The notes under the pieces: generated by a model
Database searches by the model: none
Seen by the model: only the letters and a program-made list of their open reading frames with translations
What the model was told of the DNA's origin: nothing
Part shown: one piece after another, positions 12,024 to 24,800 of the stretch
Layout of the letters: every line of letters begins with the position of its first letter
Numbering within the stretch: position 1 is the stretch's first letter
From: Azolla caroliniana
Taxonomy: Eukaryota; Plantae; Polypodiophyta
Direction: 5' to 3'
DNA: 64,000 bases
NCBI GenBank assembly: GCA_043228905.1
Contig: JBHGNT010000002.1
Location: 14,508,001 to 14,572,000, forward strand
Translations under genes and position numbers: made by a program

Positions 12024-15001
12024 GTACTTATCTATACAATATGATGGCTCGTCGATTTTCAGTATTGCAAGACATTTGTTCATGCTCACAACCATGAAAT
12101 CTATTGTTCAATATTTCATTAAAAATGAGGGTATAACACATGGAGGATAACAATTATGGGTATAACATCTTGCCCAATTATGGGTTTATCTGGACATCAC
12201 TACAAAATATTGCATCAATGCAAGATCTTTTACATTTACAGATAGACGAACAATCGTGGGTTGATTGGTGCTTATGGCTTGGCTTGTTAGGCGTCGTTTT
12301 GGCAAGTGGCTACTAAACTTTTGTATCATTGCTTCGTTGAGTCTCTTCAATGGCTATCATCCAAGGCTAAACAAGAATGGAAAAACATAACTCTAATCAT
12401 AGATGATGGTAGAGCTCAAAACATAATTGACATTCTAAAATGCCAGTTGTTGTGAATGCCTTTATTTGGAGAGTTTTGATTAGGGGTTTGACTTTGGGAT
12501 TAGCTCTAAAATGATGTGGACTAGCAAGGGGCAATTGCTCCTTTTGTATTGTTCAAATGGAAGATATTACTCATTGTTTCAACAATGTTGGATTGCTTGT
12601 CATATTTAGAGTTGCATTTCTCAAATTTAGCAAGTTTTGTCACTATGTTATTGGACGCCAAGATACTGGGTGTTTGCAAAATTCACACAAGTTGAGTCAA
12701 AATCAAAGATTGAGATGTACATAATTAGAATATGCGCAATGCTTTTGTATTTGATGTTAAGCATGGAGTCAATTCTACGAAAGTTGAAGGGAGTTCTAAT
12801 GTGACATTTTTTTTTATTGGAGCAAGTAGAAATCTTTTCCTTGGTGGTGCATTAGTCTTGCTTATTGGCAATTCAACATGTTCCACTACCTGTGTTGTTA
12901 GTGGGTGATGATACTTCATTGTGACACCCATTGTAAGTAGTGTTTTTCACACACATGATTGATATAATTGTGTGTGTTCACCAAGATTTTAGAATATAAA
13001 ATTTTTTATCGTCTAGAAAGCCACTTTTGACCTATGGAACCAAAGTATACATGTGTTCTTGATATGTGTCTCATTACTAAAAAGGGCTTATTATACATTG
13101 AAGCACAAAGTCTTTATGCATGAATAAGGCACACACATATGAGCTCAACATTCTATGTGGTGTCTTAAGTATCGCACTTAAGTTCCACATTTGTAAGGAT
13201 TAGAGTCGGCAAACATACAAGATGCCACAACTCTTGTGAAACTAAATTTTGATAAACAGTGTCGTAAATATGGCAGTTGTGTGTTGCAACCATCGGGGTT
13301 CTATGACTCGAGGATGATCGATATGACAAGGGGTAGTCACAGATGGTGTGATGACAAGAAGATGAGATAGATGCGTGGTTGTCAGGAGAAGAAAATTAAT
13401 TCATTCAAAAATACTTACAAGATTTGTTTGCCAAAAGCTACTTTGGCAAAACATGAACTTGCATCCTATCCTTGGAAGGGCTTTTGTTAAGATATTTTGA
13501 CACTCATCTTTTTCTTGTCTACTTTTCTTTTTCTCTGATTTTGTTTGCTTTATGCAAGCTATTCATCTCTTGCACAAACAAACTATTTTAGCACCCTCCT
13601 TGACTCGCACCATCATGCTTGCAAGCTCCTCTCCTCGCTCGATTTCTCATGCCCTCCCAACATGGGAGAGGGACTTTTATGGGGGTGGGGGGAGCGCAAA
13701 CCACCTCTTCTCCTTTTGCCACCTTCCTTGAGGTGGATTGCTCATTGCATGTATAGGCAATTGCTTTTTTTAAAATTGTAAATCTCAATTACAAAAGTAC
13801 ACCTTTTGACAAATTACAAAATCATCCTTATTTTATCGCAACCTCCCTTTTTACATAATTTTGAATGTGTCCCTAACAATCTTTGATTTAACATGATCCT
13901 TTCAAGAGCTATATTTGGGCTTCTGAACTCTGATTCATGAACCTTAAAATCCTACACACTCCTTGTCTTAAGCTCCAACTAGTAGAACTTTCCTAGCTTT
14001 TTGACATTGTTTCAATATCTTTGAGGCTTCACGATACCGGTTCTAGAAATCTTTAGGGAAAGGGAAGCTTTGAAGAGATGAAGCAAAGTAGACCAAGAAA
14101 AGAGGACATATATCAAGTGAATGGGAGAACTTTGTAGATGAAACGTGGGCCATTTAGATGCAATTTGCCACACGATGAGATCTTATCAAGGAAAAAATAA
14201 AAGCATAGAAGAGTAAGGCGGTTGCTCCCAAAGAATATCACACTCTAAACCTAGAAAAAGAGAGGATTTGACCATCGATCCAATGGTAAACCAATCACTC
14301 TCAATATTACGACGTTCAAACCAATGCTGACAAGGAACAATCAAATGTTCAAGTTTATAATCATGTAGAAGGAAATCACACATCCCAAATCATGAAGAAC
14401 CGCGCAGATGTGTCTTACATTCTTCAACTAAATTCAGATTAATTGCTATATGACAACCTATTCATCTACCATGAAGTGAGGGAAACTTTGAGTATATTGA
14501 TCCATCGCACAAAATCAATTTCTTAATGAGCAGTTGACATGAATGGAACAGCATCATATCCTATATTGCCCAATAAGTGTAGGGAAAGGTTTTTGCATGG
14601 TAATAGAGACGGAGCCATCATGCAAAATCATCAGCGGCAATTTCCTAGCACAGGCATAACATGCACCATAGAAACGATAATCCCAAGTCTAATGTGCATC
14701 CACTACAAGTATGGATTATACAAAGTACGACCATGTTAGAAGCAGCTTTGCTCGGGGGATAGTAGATACATGCAGAGGACATATTTTTTCTATGTTGCAG
14801 TTTCAGTATACATATTTGGTAAACAAAATGGTGTGAATCTCTCAGCAGACAAATTTGAAAAATGTTCGAAGGCAATAGTCAACAAAATCATCATTGCAAA
14901 CGATCTCAGAATATGGAGGACATGCTGAGAAAACAGCATGCTGCATAAAATATTTAGTGATTTTACAAACTTAAAACACTTCCAAAAATTAAGAATGTTG
15001 C

Positions 15002-17671
15002 TTACACTTTCCTGGCTAGTGTTCTTTGCTTTGTCGCATGTTGCACAACCTTATCTTCTACAGGCAAACCCTTTCTTCGTCGCACAGAATCGATGAGTTT
15101 CCGAGCAGTGTTAGGGGGAACACTAGCGCCATCCCCAAACTCTTCACGTTCTTCTTCAGTTCGAGGCACAAAGAATGGATCCTGAGAAAGCTCCTCCCAA
15201 TGGCTGAGAACTAATTGAGGACTTGCTGCACCAGAGGTCTTCCTTCTCAACTCATCTGTGAAACCAAAGCTCTCAGCTACAGGCATGTAGGCATGCACAG
15301 TAAACATATCAGTTCCTTCCCTCATTTCTTCTTTAAGCACTCTAGCTCGCCTCTTGCCCAATACTCCATACATTTGCCCAAGAAACTCAGTAGGTGTACT
15401 GATTTCACAAAAATACATTGCCTCAACTAGTCTTGGTCTTTTAGCCAGCATAGCAGCCCGGCATGCCTCTTTAACTGCTGTCATTACTTGACCAGAAAAA
15501 GGACCATACTGATCAATGACAGCATTCTCAGTTGTATCATTGAGTTCAACACCTACTTTTCCTCTTGACGAGACTATAGCTTCCACGGTAAACGCTAAGC
15601 CCCAAGTAGGTTCCTCACAAAGCGGACCTGATGCTGTTGCTAACTGAAATCCTGATACTACACTACTCTCGAGTGCATGTGCCTCTACCATCATAGGAGA
15701 GCTAGTATCATCAATAGACACGTCAGACAGTGTGTCACTATGCTTAGTAATTCCAAGCATTTCTGATACATATGAGGCACCACCGATAAGAGCGCACTCA
15801 GGGTTCATACTTAGCCCTTCAGACCGATCATCTATCTCATGCAATCTTTTTGTATTTCCTGAAAGTGGTGTAAGAAGTAAATTGGGGCCAACATGTCTTG
15901 GACCCAGAGACCATATCCTCTCTAATTTTGCCAACCATGTTTTTGCATCCGCTTCATTCCTTCTCCTCTCATGGCCCAGACTATCATCAACAACTTGCAA
16001 CGCATTAATTAGACTATTTCTCAGCACTGTCACAGGGTCTTGCACATCACCTTGTTCTAGCTTTCCATGTCCCATCTCCTTCACATTCAAATCTTGCATA
16101 ACCTTGCGCAGATTTTCTTCATTCTGTTCCAGAGCTTTAGTCAAAGCTAAAGGCAACTTGCAAACATGTACCCGAACTGTGCACCTACCATTTGCAGTGG
16201 TTCTTTCCACAATATCAGAAGATAATTCACTCTTGGACGCTTCCAAGGAACCTGGCTTTTCAATCTCGATAGTTTCCTTGAACGCAACAAGTGGTGGAGA
16301 GACTACAAGCTCTATCTTCGCAAAACGTTCTCGCAGGTCTTTAATGCATCTCTCCAGATGAACCTCTCCAGCAGCAGCAAGTACATGCTCACCAGTTGTC
16401 GAGAGACTAACTTCAACAAATGGATCAGCACGATTCAATAGACGTAAACCACGTGTTAAAGATCCTAATTCTGCCGGATCTGAAGGTTCAAGTGCTACTC
16501 TCATTATAGGGGCAGCCTGAAATGTCATGCTTCTGAATGGCCAACAAAAAGGTGTTGTGGAAAGTGTAGCTGTCTTTAATATGTATTGACCTAAACCCCT
16601 TATTGCCACAAGGTTTCCCGCTGAGACAGATGCCTTTGGTTCTAAACCTCGTCCCATCATCATGTAAAGACCTTGAACAACTGCCTCTTGCATGTGCTTT
16701 TTTTCTAGTTCCTCCTTAGTTGGATCATGGAAAGGATATAGAACCAGAACTTTTTGTCCTGCATGTAGTACTCCGCTGAAAACTCTTGCAAATGCAAGAA
16801 AGCATTCTCCATGCCCTACATCCCCTAAGTTGTTTGGCTCCTCCTTTAATTCAGGTAGAAGTTCTCCATTTGGCCCTCGCTTTGGTAGGAAATCAATAGG
16901 AACTGCAAACATTTTTGACACAAATACTACGCAGGGAGAATTAGCACTGTAATCACAAGTTTTCACAGCACTTCTGACCTTCTCAAGGCTTGATTTCACT
17001 TCATCCTTACAGAATAATTCATTATTATCAGGGAAAAGGCGGATGATTCGTTCAGATTGAGCTGAGATAGGATTAGGTAATAACTCAACAACCATGGCGA
17101 ATATGGTATCTGCTAGGGGTAACCATCTGCTCATGACTGCTTGTAGGACTACCTTCGCATCTTTATTCTGAAGATCACGAGCTGGAATATTTAGACTCAT
17201 AGCCTTAATTATCTTATGTAAAGTATCTCTTCCAGTCATTCCTAGGAGACCTGCTTCATAGACCTGCCATAAAGGCTCCAAAATAAATTGCACAAACATA
17301 GGCTTTACTTTACCCCCTGATGCCTTCTTACCCACAATCTTCTTTGTTTTTGGAATGTAATAGAAATCTCCCCACAATGCCTTTTGCAATATATTTTCAC
17401 TTGCACCCAGCTTAGCTGCATATAGAGAGGCAAACTGGTTAACACGAAATCCCCAACCATCCAATGCACATGCAAATACCACATTTCCACGTTGTGGTGA
17501 GAAAGCATCCTCCTCGTCATCTAAATCAGTCAACGTCTCCTCATCTCTCTTGTTTCCTGAGCCATCTGATTGTTCGCTGGGATTTGTCGATGCAAGGACT
17601 GAATCTACATCTGATAAATACTTCTCTGAACGAAATTTACTGATTATGTTGTTCACCTCCACCAGAATGCT
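15002..17671 (-). CDS. EFL1: Elongation factor-like GTPase 1 (60S maturation factor), exon 2
   Basis: 889 codons of open frame: F.P.RGNVVFACALDGWGF, AFARVFSG, GEHVLAAAGEVHLERCIKDL, GFQLATASGPLCEEP, AESFGFTDELRRKTSGAASPQL, RRRKGL...KQRTL. Acceptor AAACAG|AGC at 17672/17671, in frame. Confidence 0.95.
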   Translation of the reverse strand, partial: SILVEVNNIISKFRSEKYLSDVDSVLASTNPSEQSDGSGNKRDEETLTDLDDEEDAFSPQRGNVVFACALDGWGFRVNQFASLYAAKLGASENILQKALWGDFYYIPKTKKIVGKKASGGKVKPMFVQFILEPLWQVYEAGLLGMTGRDTLHKIIKAMSLNIPARDLQNKDAKVVLQAVMSRWLPLADTIFAMVVELLPNPISAQSERIIRLFPDNNELFCKDEVKSSLEKVRSAVKTCDYSANSPCVVFVSKMFAVPIDFLPKRGPNGELLPELKEEPNNLGDVGHGECFLAFARVFSGVLHAGQKVLVLYPFHDPTKEELEKKHMQEAVVQGLYMMMGRGLEPKASVSAGNLVAIRGLGQYILKTATLSTTPFCWPFRSMTFQAAPIMRVALEPSDPAELGSLTRGLRLLNRADPFVEVSLSTTGEHVLAAAGEVHLERCIKDLRERFAKIELVVSPPLVAFKETIEIEKPGSLEASKSELSSDIVERTTANGRCTVRVHVCKLPLALTKALEQNEENLRKVMQDLNVKEMGHGKLEQGDVQDPVTVLRNSLINALQVVDDSLGHERRRNEADAKTWLAKLERIWSLGPRHVGPNLLLTPLSGNTKRLHEIDDRSEGLSMNPECALIGGASYVSEMLGITKHSDTLSDVSIDDTSSPMMVEAHALESSVVSGFQLATASGPLCEEPTWGLAFTVEAIVSSRGKVGVELNDTTENAVIDQYGPFSGQVMTAVKEACRAAMLAKRPRLVEAMYFCEISTPTEFLGQMYGVLGKRRARVLKEEMREGTDMFTVHAYMPVAESFGFTDELRRKTSGAASPQLVLSHWEELSQDPFFVPRTEEEREEFGDGASVPPNTARKLIDSVRRRKGLPVEDKVVQHATKQRTLARKV

Positions 17672-18943
17672 CTGTTTCATACAATACACCCAAAAACAAG
17701 CTTGATTAGATAGAAAGCTTGCATCATTGCAAAGATTTTATGGCAATAGCTATAAGGACCTAATTCGTTTAACATAGTTAACTAACTCGAAGTTATTAAA
17801 ATAAGATTATGGAAGGGGCGCCAAAGATATGACTTTCCACATCCTAAATCACTGAGCTAATGTCAGTGTCACGTGTCATGGAACCATTCTGAGATGGCCC
17901 CAGGGGTATGTGTGGACAACCCACACTAAAATTGTGTGGGCAACAGAGTGGACACACATACTAGCCCAAAGGACACACCAGATCTTTTTTCTTGCTTTTC
18001 ATCTTTGCCTTCTTGTTTTCCTTCATCACATATATCTTTTATTCATTAAGAGAGAGGAGAGCATGACTAAAAGGTCATGACAATTGTATCATAGTGAGGT
18101 TATCTTGTCACAGAATCCATTGTTGCTAATAATGCCTCCATATCCATCACCATTGTAGCTTCTGTGTTTATTACTGCCGAATGGGTCAAATCCATCTTAC
18201 CAGGTTCAGCTGAATGGTCTAGAGATACGTTTCTATGCTATTCATATATATTCTTTATAAATCTTGTATCCTGTTGTTGATTACGCATTCTATGTTATAT
18301 AAATATGTTTGTTAGTAAGCATTTATACTACCTGATTTAATCACATGACAGAGATACTATAGAAAGTAATAATGCCATGAGTGATTGTGAGCTACATCCT
18401 AGAATAATTCCACACTGACACTGTTAAGTTCAAGTTTTGCTATGTGAATTCAGTAGCATCAAATATATTTGTAGGTATTGATACATATTCCCATATATAT
18501 GTTGATCATAATTTCAGAAAATATAATAATATAAATAAGGAAATACAGAGTCTAAGATCTACCTAAATCGCATATTTATTTAGGATCATGTGATAAATGG
18601 CATACATCACTCACAAGATTAAAACCCATTACTTCCAAATTGCCTGTCTAAGGTCTTAGCCAATAATTGATGACTGTATTTGTGATCAATAGCACATCAC
18701 TAGCATATAATGATATCCTAATATAAGGTTCATCTATCTTTAAATGAATGCAAAAACTAGGCCCTTGCCAGAGAATCATAGACCTAAAATTCATTAAGGA
18801 TCAAATTATAAATTTTCCTAATAAAATGTACTCAAAAATGAAAGAAATTGTCAGCATTGCTCAATTTCGGGAGCATAGACATAGACATTAATTATTCATC
18901 GTTGACATTAAGGTTCATAACTTTACACAGTAAAACCGCAAAC

Positions 18944-19111
18944 GAGAGAGAGAGAGAGAGATACAGAGCGATACTCTGTTGTAACCGCCGCTTGGCGAAG
19001 ATACAAAGCTCAAGGTCGTTGCCTCCGAGTCTCTGATTGTACCCTTGTCTTCATAGTGATAGTTGGAGTCTGTGGGCTCCCGTGGTCTTTCCCATTCAGG
19101 GTTTTCCACGT
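18944..19111 (+). repeat. Copia LTR fragment related to the D/E LTRs
   Basis: Reverse complement of the ACGTGGAAAACCCT...CCACGGGAG...CTCCAACTATCACTAT block in the D/E LTRs. Confidence 0.7.
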
Positions 19112-20570
19112 CCCAATTGGATTCGTGAAATTCGGATATTATTTGTTTCTGTTGTTCCCTTCTACCGACTACCCGTAGTGGTATGCCATTCCGTCTTTTC
19201 GGCTCTCTCCAGATTAATCCATTGTCTAAGAAGAACTTGCTGACTTGCCGTTTCTTCCGTCGAATCTTGGCTCTATTGTCTTTATGGTCTAATGATTCCT
19301 TGATTTCTTGTAGCACCTTCCCGATCAATAAGCTTTCTCCTTCGTACTCGTTTTCCCGGAACTCTCGAATTACGTTCACCCGGGATATATGCCTCGAAGT
19401 AAAGTAATTTTCGGAAACTCTTCATTATCTGTTTCGGCTACTTCGTCTCCGAACCGTGCTCTTGATAACATATCTACTACCGTGTTGTCTTTTCTAGAGA
19501 TGTGTCGGATATCTAGATTAAGTGACTTTATATATGCAATCCATCTTAGCATAGCCACATCCGGTACCGTGCAACATTGCATCATCCCTAATATCGGAAG
19601 ACAATCCGTTTCGATCACTACTTCGGCTCCAATCAAATAATTCCGATCCGATTTTATCGCCGACACAACTCCCCATAATTCTCTTTTAACTTGTGCATAT
19701 CCACGTTGCCTTTCGTTGAGAATCTTTGCTCCGAATCGGATCGGATATCGCGAACCATCCGAGTCGACTTGGTTGATGATCCATCCGATCCCAATTGGAC
19801 TGTATCAACCATTACTATGATCGGTCGGTCATAGTTCAGCTTTTTAAGTGCTTCAGCCCTCCGTAGTAATTTCTTGAGCTTCTTCACGGCGTCGGTATGT
19901 TCCAACCTCCATTCAAACTTCTTACCCTTCCGTAGCAAGTGATAGAGTGGGTCCGCAATATGTGCATAGTGTGGAATCCATATGTGGTAAAACGCACATG
20001 CACCAAGAAATCTATGGACTTCGGATTGTGACTCACATATCTCTTTCATAGCTTGAATCGCATCGATCTTGATTGGCGACGATCTTCAGCCGTAGGGCCC
20101 ACATAGATGTCCGACTACCAATATCTCTTCTTGTCCGAATGCCGATTTCTCTCCGGAGAGTGTTAGGTGCACATCTTCTAACTTCCGTAGCATTTTCTCG
20201 CAATCGCGAATACGATCAACTACGAACTTTCGGCATCCTCGATCATCTATAGTCTCATCTTTCATCGGAATGTCATCTAGGAACCGCATTGTTATCTCCG
20301 GAATGCAGTCTCGGAGCACCTTGTTCATCGCATTCATCATATGTGCGACCGAGTTTGTTGCTCCCTGTGGTAGCGTGCACATCCGAACTAATCCTATCGG
20401 TGTTCGCATTGTAGTAATATCTCGGCTCTCCATGGCTAGTTGGAATTGGTCATACCCGGAGTATATTGCGCATCCGGCAAATGCTTCTGCAAATTCGTCC
20501 ACTATCGGACCGATTCCGGAGTTTCGGATCGTGACTTTATTCACCGGTTGTAAATCTTGAATGACCCGGA
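19112..20570 (-). pseudogene. Gypsy RT-RNaseH fragment (H-like family), no LTRs
   Basis: NKVTIRN...GYDQFQLA...LPQGATNSVA, FLDDIP, RFLGACAFYHIWIPHYA, MLRWIAYIKSLN; frameshifted. Confidence 0.85.
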
Positions 20571-21835
20571 GTCATAACCGCAGGCATTCCATAAAGAGCT
20601 GGAAATCATCAAAATATATGACTGGTGTTTCAGTTCGGAATGCTCGCATGGTAGTTTAATGGCGCAAAAATGGGGGCGAACCTTCCAATTATGGCAGATA
20701 ACTAGTACATAAATTTTCCTTAGTTCTTAAGGACTCTCTTTGCAAAATAGGTCTTGTGATATCATCAATACTAAAGGATATACCTGATTATTTGCAAGCA
20801 CATAAATGTTCTCTAGGTCGTCAGAATTCTCTTCAATAGTTTGTTTGTAGAAAGAAAGAAAGATATATTAACATCTTTTAAGAGGCCAAAATGGCCTATA
20901 AGACCAAATAGGAGATTACATCTTAAGCGTTGTCTTGTCTTTGAGAACAAATCAAAATAAAATAAATGTTACTAAGTAAACATAAAAGTACATAAGATAA
21001 AAAGAGACTAAAGAATCTTGTTATCAGCATATGTAAGATCTCAAGTCAGATATATCGTGAAATTTTCTTTCGAAAGATCTCCAGCATAAGTCAATCCAGA
21101 ATGGAGAGGTCTCCAAATCAAGGGAAGCATCTGCAATGGCCGTAAACAGAAATGTAACATGATCACTCATGCTATGAAAGGCCCAGGCCCTAGTAAATTA
21201 CATTCAAGGAAACTTGTTAGCCAAATCCCCCGCATAGGGAAGACAATGATTAGTTCTAGAAAGACTGTTGTGAGGCAAGAGAAGGCTAAGCAGTCTACGC
21301 AAACGCTGGTACCTAGTAAACCAATGTCTGGCAAGAGTAATCTTCAAACCTTTCCAAAATAGAAACCTAAACCTGCTTTGATGCCAGAACAAAGAGGTAA
21401 AGCCACACAGGAGAACCAACACTAACTTAGGTACTGTTCAAAGAGAAAGAGAAAGGTTTTGGCTAATGCCACATTAGCTCCTATAGAAGATGCGCGAGAA
21501 AGTTGGGTGTCTATGACAGATGTGGTGAATGTGACTATTCAGAAGATCGATTCTAGTTTTCTGGATTATCATTTGTCACTCAGGACCCAGAGAGCATGGC
21601 AGTTTCCTAAGACCTAGTATGTATGAGGGATTTAGTTTGTCCCTTGCGAGCAGGCAGTTGGTCTACCCATCCCAACATGAAACAAGTGTAAGTTGAAACG
21701 AAACCTTGGGCCGGTTCACGTTCCACTGTGCCAAAATGAGGAGGGTGTTGGTCGTAATAGTTACCCTGCGGGGTATGCGCGTGTGCTCTTGACGGGCGCT
21801 CCAGGAAGTAGTATGTATGACGGGATAGTAAATGA

Positions 21836-24800
21836 TAAAGGTAAAGAGGGATGTTTGAGGGAGCAGCTATTGAGGGATGATGTTCAGCAAACAGAGAGTA
21901 GAGACAGATTTTTGGGTGTACACAACCGCTTTGATTGGTACACAAGAAAAAAGGAGGTGTCCTGTCCAGGTGAATAATGTGTTCACATATACGAATAATT
22001 ACCTAATTTGTGAACTACGGGCCTTTACACCTAACAACCTCCCACTTAAAGATCCGATGTGAACATTCAAGTAACTCATGGTGAGCTTTGCCAAGACGTT
22101 TAGAGAGAATATATGCAAGATTATCTTGTGTTTTGATCTTGGTCAATGTGACTAGACCATCCCCCAAAACTTGTCTGATAAAGTGATGTCGCACATCAAT
22201 GTGTTTGGTGCGCGAATGAAACATGGCATTCTTAGCAGAATACACAGCACTCTGGCTATCACATCCTAACACAGGAGTACTAACAGACATGCCAAGATTT
22301 TCAGCCAGACTGTTGAGCCATATAGCTTCCTTTGAAGCTTCTGTAGCTGAAATATATTCAGCTTCAGTAGTACTCAGTGCTACAATCTTTTGCAATTTGG
22401 AGCACCAAGATACTACTCCACCAACAACTGTAAATATATACCCGATAGTAGACTTACATGTATCCAAGTCACCTGCCATGTCTGCATCACAATATCCCTG
22501 CAAACTTAATGCACCCTTACCATAGCATAAACATTTTCTCTGTGTACCTTTAAGATACCTAAAAACACACTTGAAAGCCTCCCAATGTGCTTTGCCGGGA
22601 TTAGACATATAGCGACTGACAACTCCCACTGCATAAGCAATATCTAAACGAGTAGCTACCATAGCATACATTAGAGAACCACATGCTGATGCATAAGGAA
22701 TTCCCTTCATAGCATTGACTTCCATCTCATCTTTTGGACAATCAGCCTTGCTAGGTTTAAGATATGAAGGCAAAGGAACTCCAAGGAACTCCAAGGAACT
22801 TTGCTTCTGCCATATTAAATCTGTTAAGTACTTTTTCAATGTACTTTTCTTGTGACAAAAACAGCAATTTGTCCTTTCTGTTTCTACTGATTCTCATGCC
22901 CAAAATATGCTCTGCATTTCCCAAATCTTTCATATAGAAGACCGATTTCAGTTTACCTTTTAGAGCATCAAGACTAGTCTTTCTTTTCCCAGCTGGCAAC
23001 ATATCATCCACATATAGAACAAGTATGATGGGACTGTCATCAATATCCTTTTTCCTGTATAAACAATGATCTGCATAGCTACGATCAAAACCTTGAGAAA
23101 GCATAAATGTATCAAACTTCTTATACCACTGTCGTGGTGCCTGTTTTAGGCCATATAGGCTACGTTTTAGTTTGCATACCAAATGCTTCTTGTTAGGGAC
23201 TACAAAACCCTCAAGTTGTTTCATGTAGATCTCGTCATCAATATCACCATGCAAAAAAGCGGTCTTTACATCCATTTGGTACAACTCCAGGTTAAGCATG
23301 GCAATGAGAACAAATAGCACACGAAGTGTGGTCATCTTCACAACAGGAGAGAAGACCTCTTGGAAGTCAATACCTTCCTTCTGTGCATAACCCTTGGCAA
23401 CTAATCTTGCCTTGTATTTTGGTTTCCCTTCAATTTTCTTTACTTTATAAACCCACTTATTCGGAAGAGCTCTCCTTCCTTCAGGTAGGGACACAAGATC
23501 CAAAGTATCATTTGCATACAAAGATTTTATTTCTTCTTGCATTGCAAGCTCCCACTTACTGCTAAGTTAACATGACATTGCCTCCTTATAAGTAGAGGTT
23601 CACCCTCATCTGACAACATGACATAATGCAAAGAGGGCCATATCTATATACCTGCCTCCTTAAACGATTAGATCTACGTACCCAATGATCAGTATTTTTT
23701 GGGATTGTTTCTAAATCTAGAGGAAATTCAGTTTCGGCGCTTTCTAGCTGTTGCGAACCATGTCTTACAGTCGTTCAACATCTATATTTTGTTGTTCAAT
23801 ACCTTCATCTCGTTGTCCAACACCTTCATGAGCATCTCTTTGCTGTCCAACTTCTTCTGGCTCAAAGATAACCGGTTGATCATCATAATCAACCTTTGGT
23901 ATAGCATCATGAGGTTTATTTTCAGATTTTGTGGATGGCTGTAATTGCTGAAATGTAATGCTCTTAGAGTTCTCAACAGAGGAACAAGCATTTTTCAGCA
24001 ATTTTTCTTCATTAAAAACTGTGAGAAAAACTGTTAATAGCAGCAGCGGAAGAGTTAGAACAAAATAGACACAGCCAAGCTGTGAGAAGGCTGTTAGACA
24101 GCAGTAGAAAAAAGGGTTGCAAAGAGTAGAGACACAGCCAAAGAGTTGTGCTTGTTTCTAAGTAGCAGCAGAAAATAATCTCATTACAAAACAGGCTGGT
24201 ATAAGCCAATTTATACAAAATTGGGAATGGTTGTTTGGTAGTTAAGAGACTCTTGTACTACCAAACAGGTACAATAAACTAGGAATAAAAAAAGGGAATA
24301 TCTTGGAAAAAGTGGAAGAGACAAAAGGCATTTAAAGCATTGCAGATTCTAGAGAGAGAAGGCATTTAAAGAGTTGCAAATTCTAGAGAGAAAAGAATAT
24401 GGGAAGAGAGAGAATGTAGTACAGAGATAATAAAGATGAAAGAGAGTGCAGGTCTGGAGCTGCCACCCTCCAACAAAAACATCCCGTCTGCGTACAATTT
24501 TTCTAGACTGAGATAACCAAATCCTATAGCCCATTTCACCTTCATCACCATAGCTAATAAAAATGCCCATGGTGGACTTAGCATCGAGCTTGTTTCTCAG
24601 CTCACTTCTAATGTGTACAAAAGCATCACAACAGGAAATTCGTAAATGGTAATATGAGGCTGGTCTGCCAGACCAAACCTCCTCAGGGATTCCATTCTTA
24701 AAGGACTTGTTGGCAGAATGATTACATATATGAACCGTGGTTTTTAATGCTTCTCCCCAAAATTCATGAGGGAGATTAGTTATGGACAGCATGCACCGCA

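Noticed and set aside
12024-15001. Genes or DNA transposon in the region downstream of EFL1
   Set aside because: Only short AT-rich ORFs with no recognisable motif, TIR or TSD; treated as 3' UTR and intergenic DNA.
15002-17689. 895-aa ORF as a stand-alone gene or as eEF2
   Set aside because: It lacks the N-terminal GTPase motifs, which are in the exon at 30289-30813. The insertions and C-terminal KQRTL fit EFL1 rather than eEF2.
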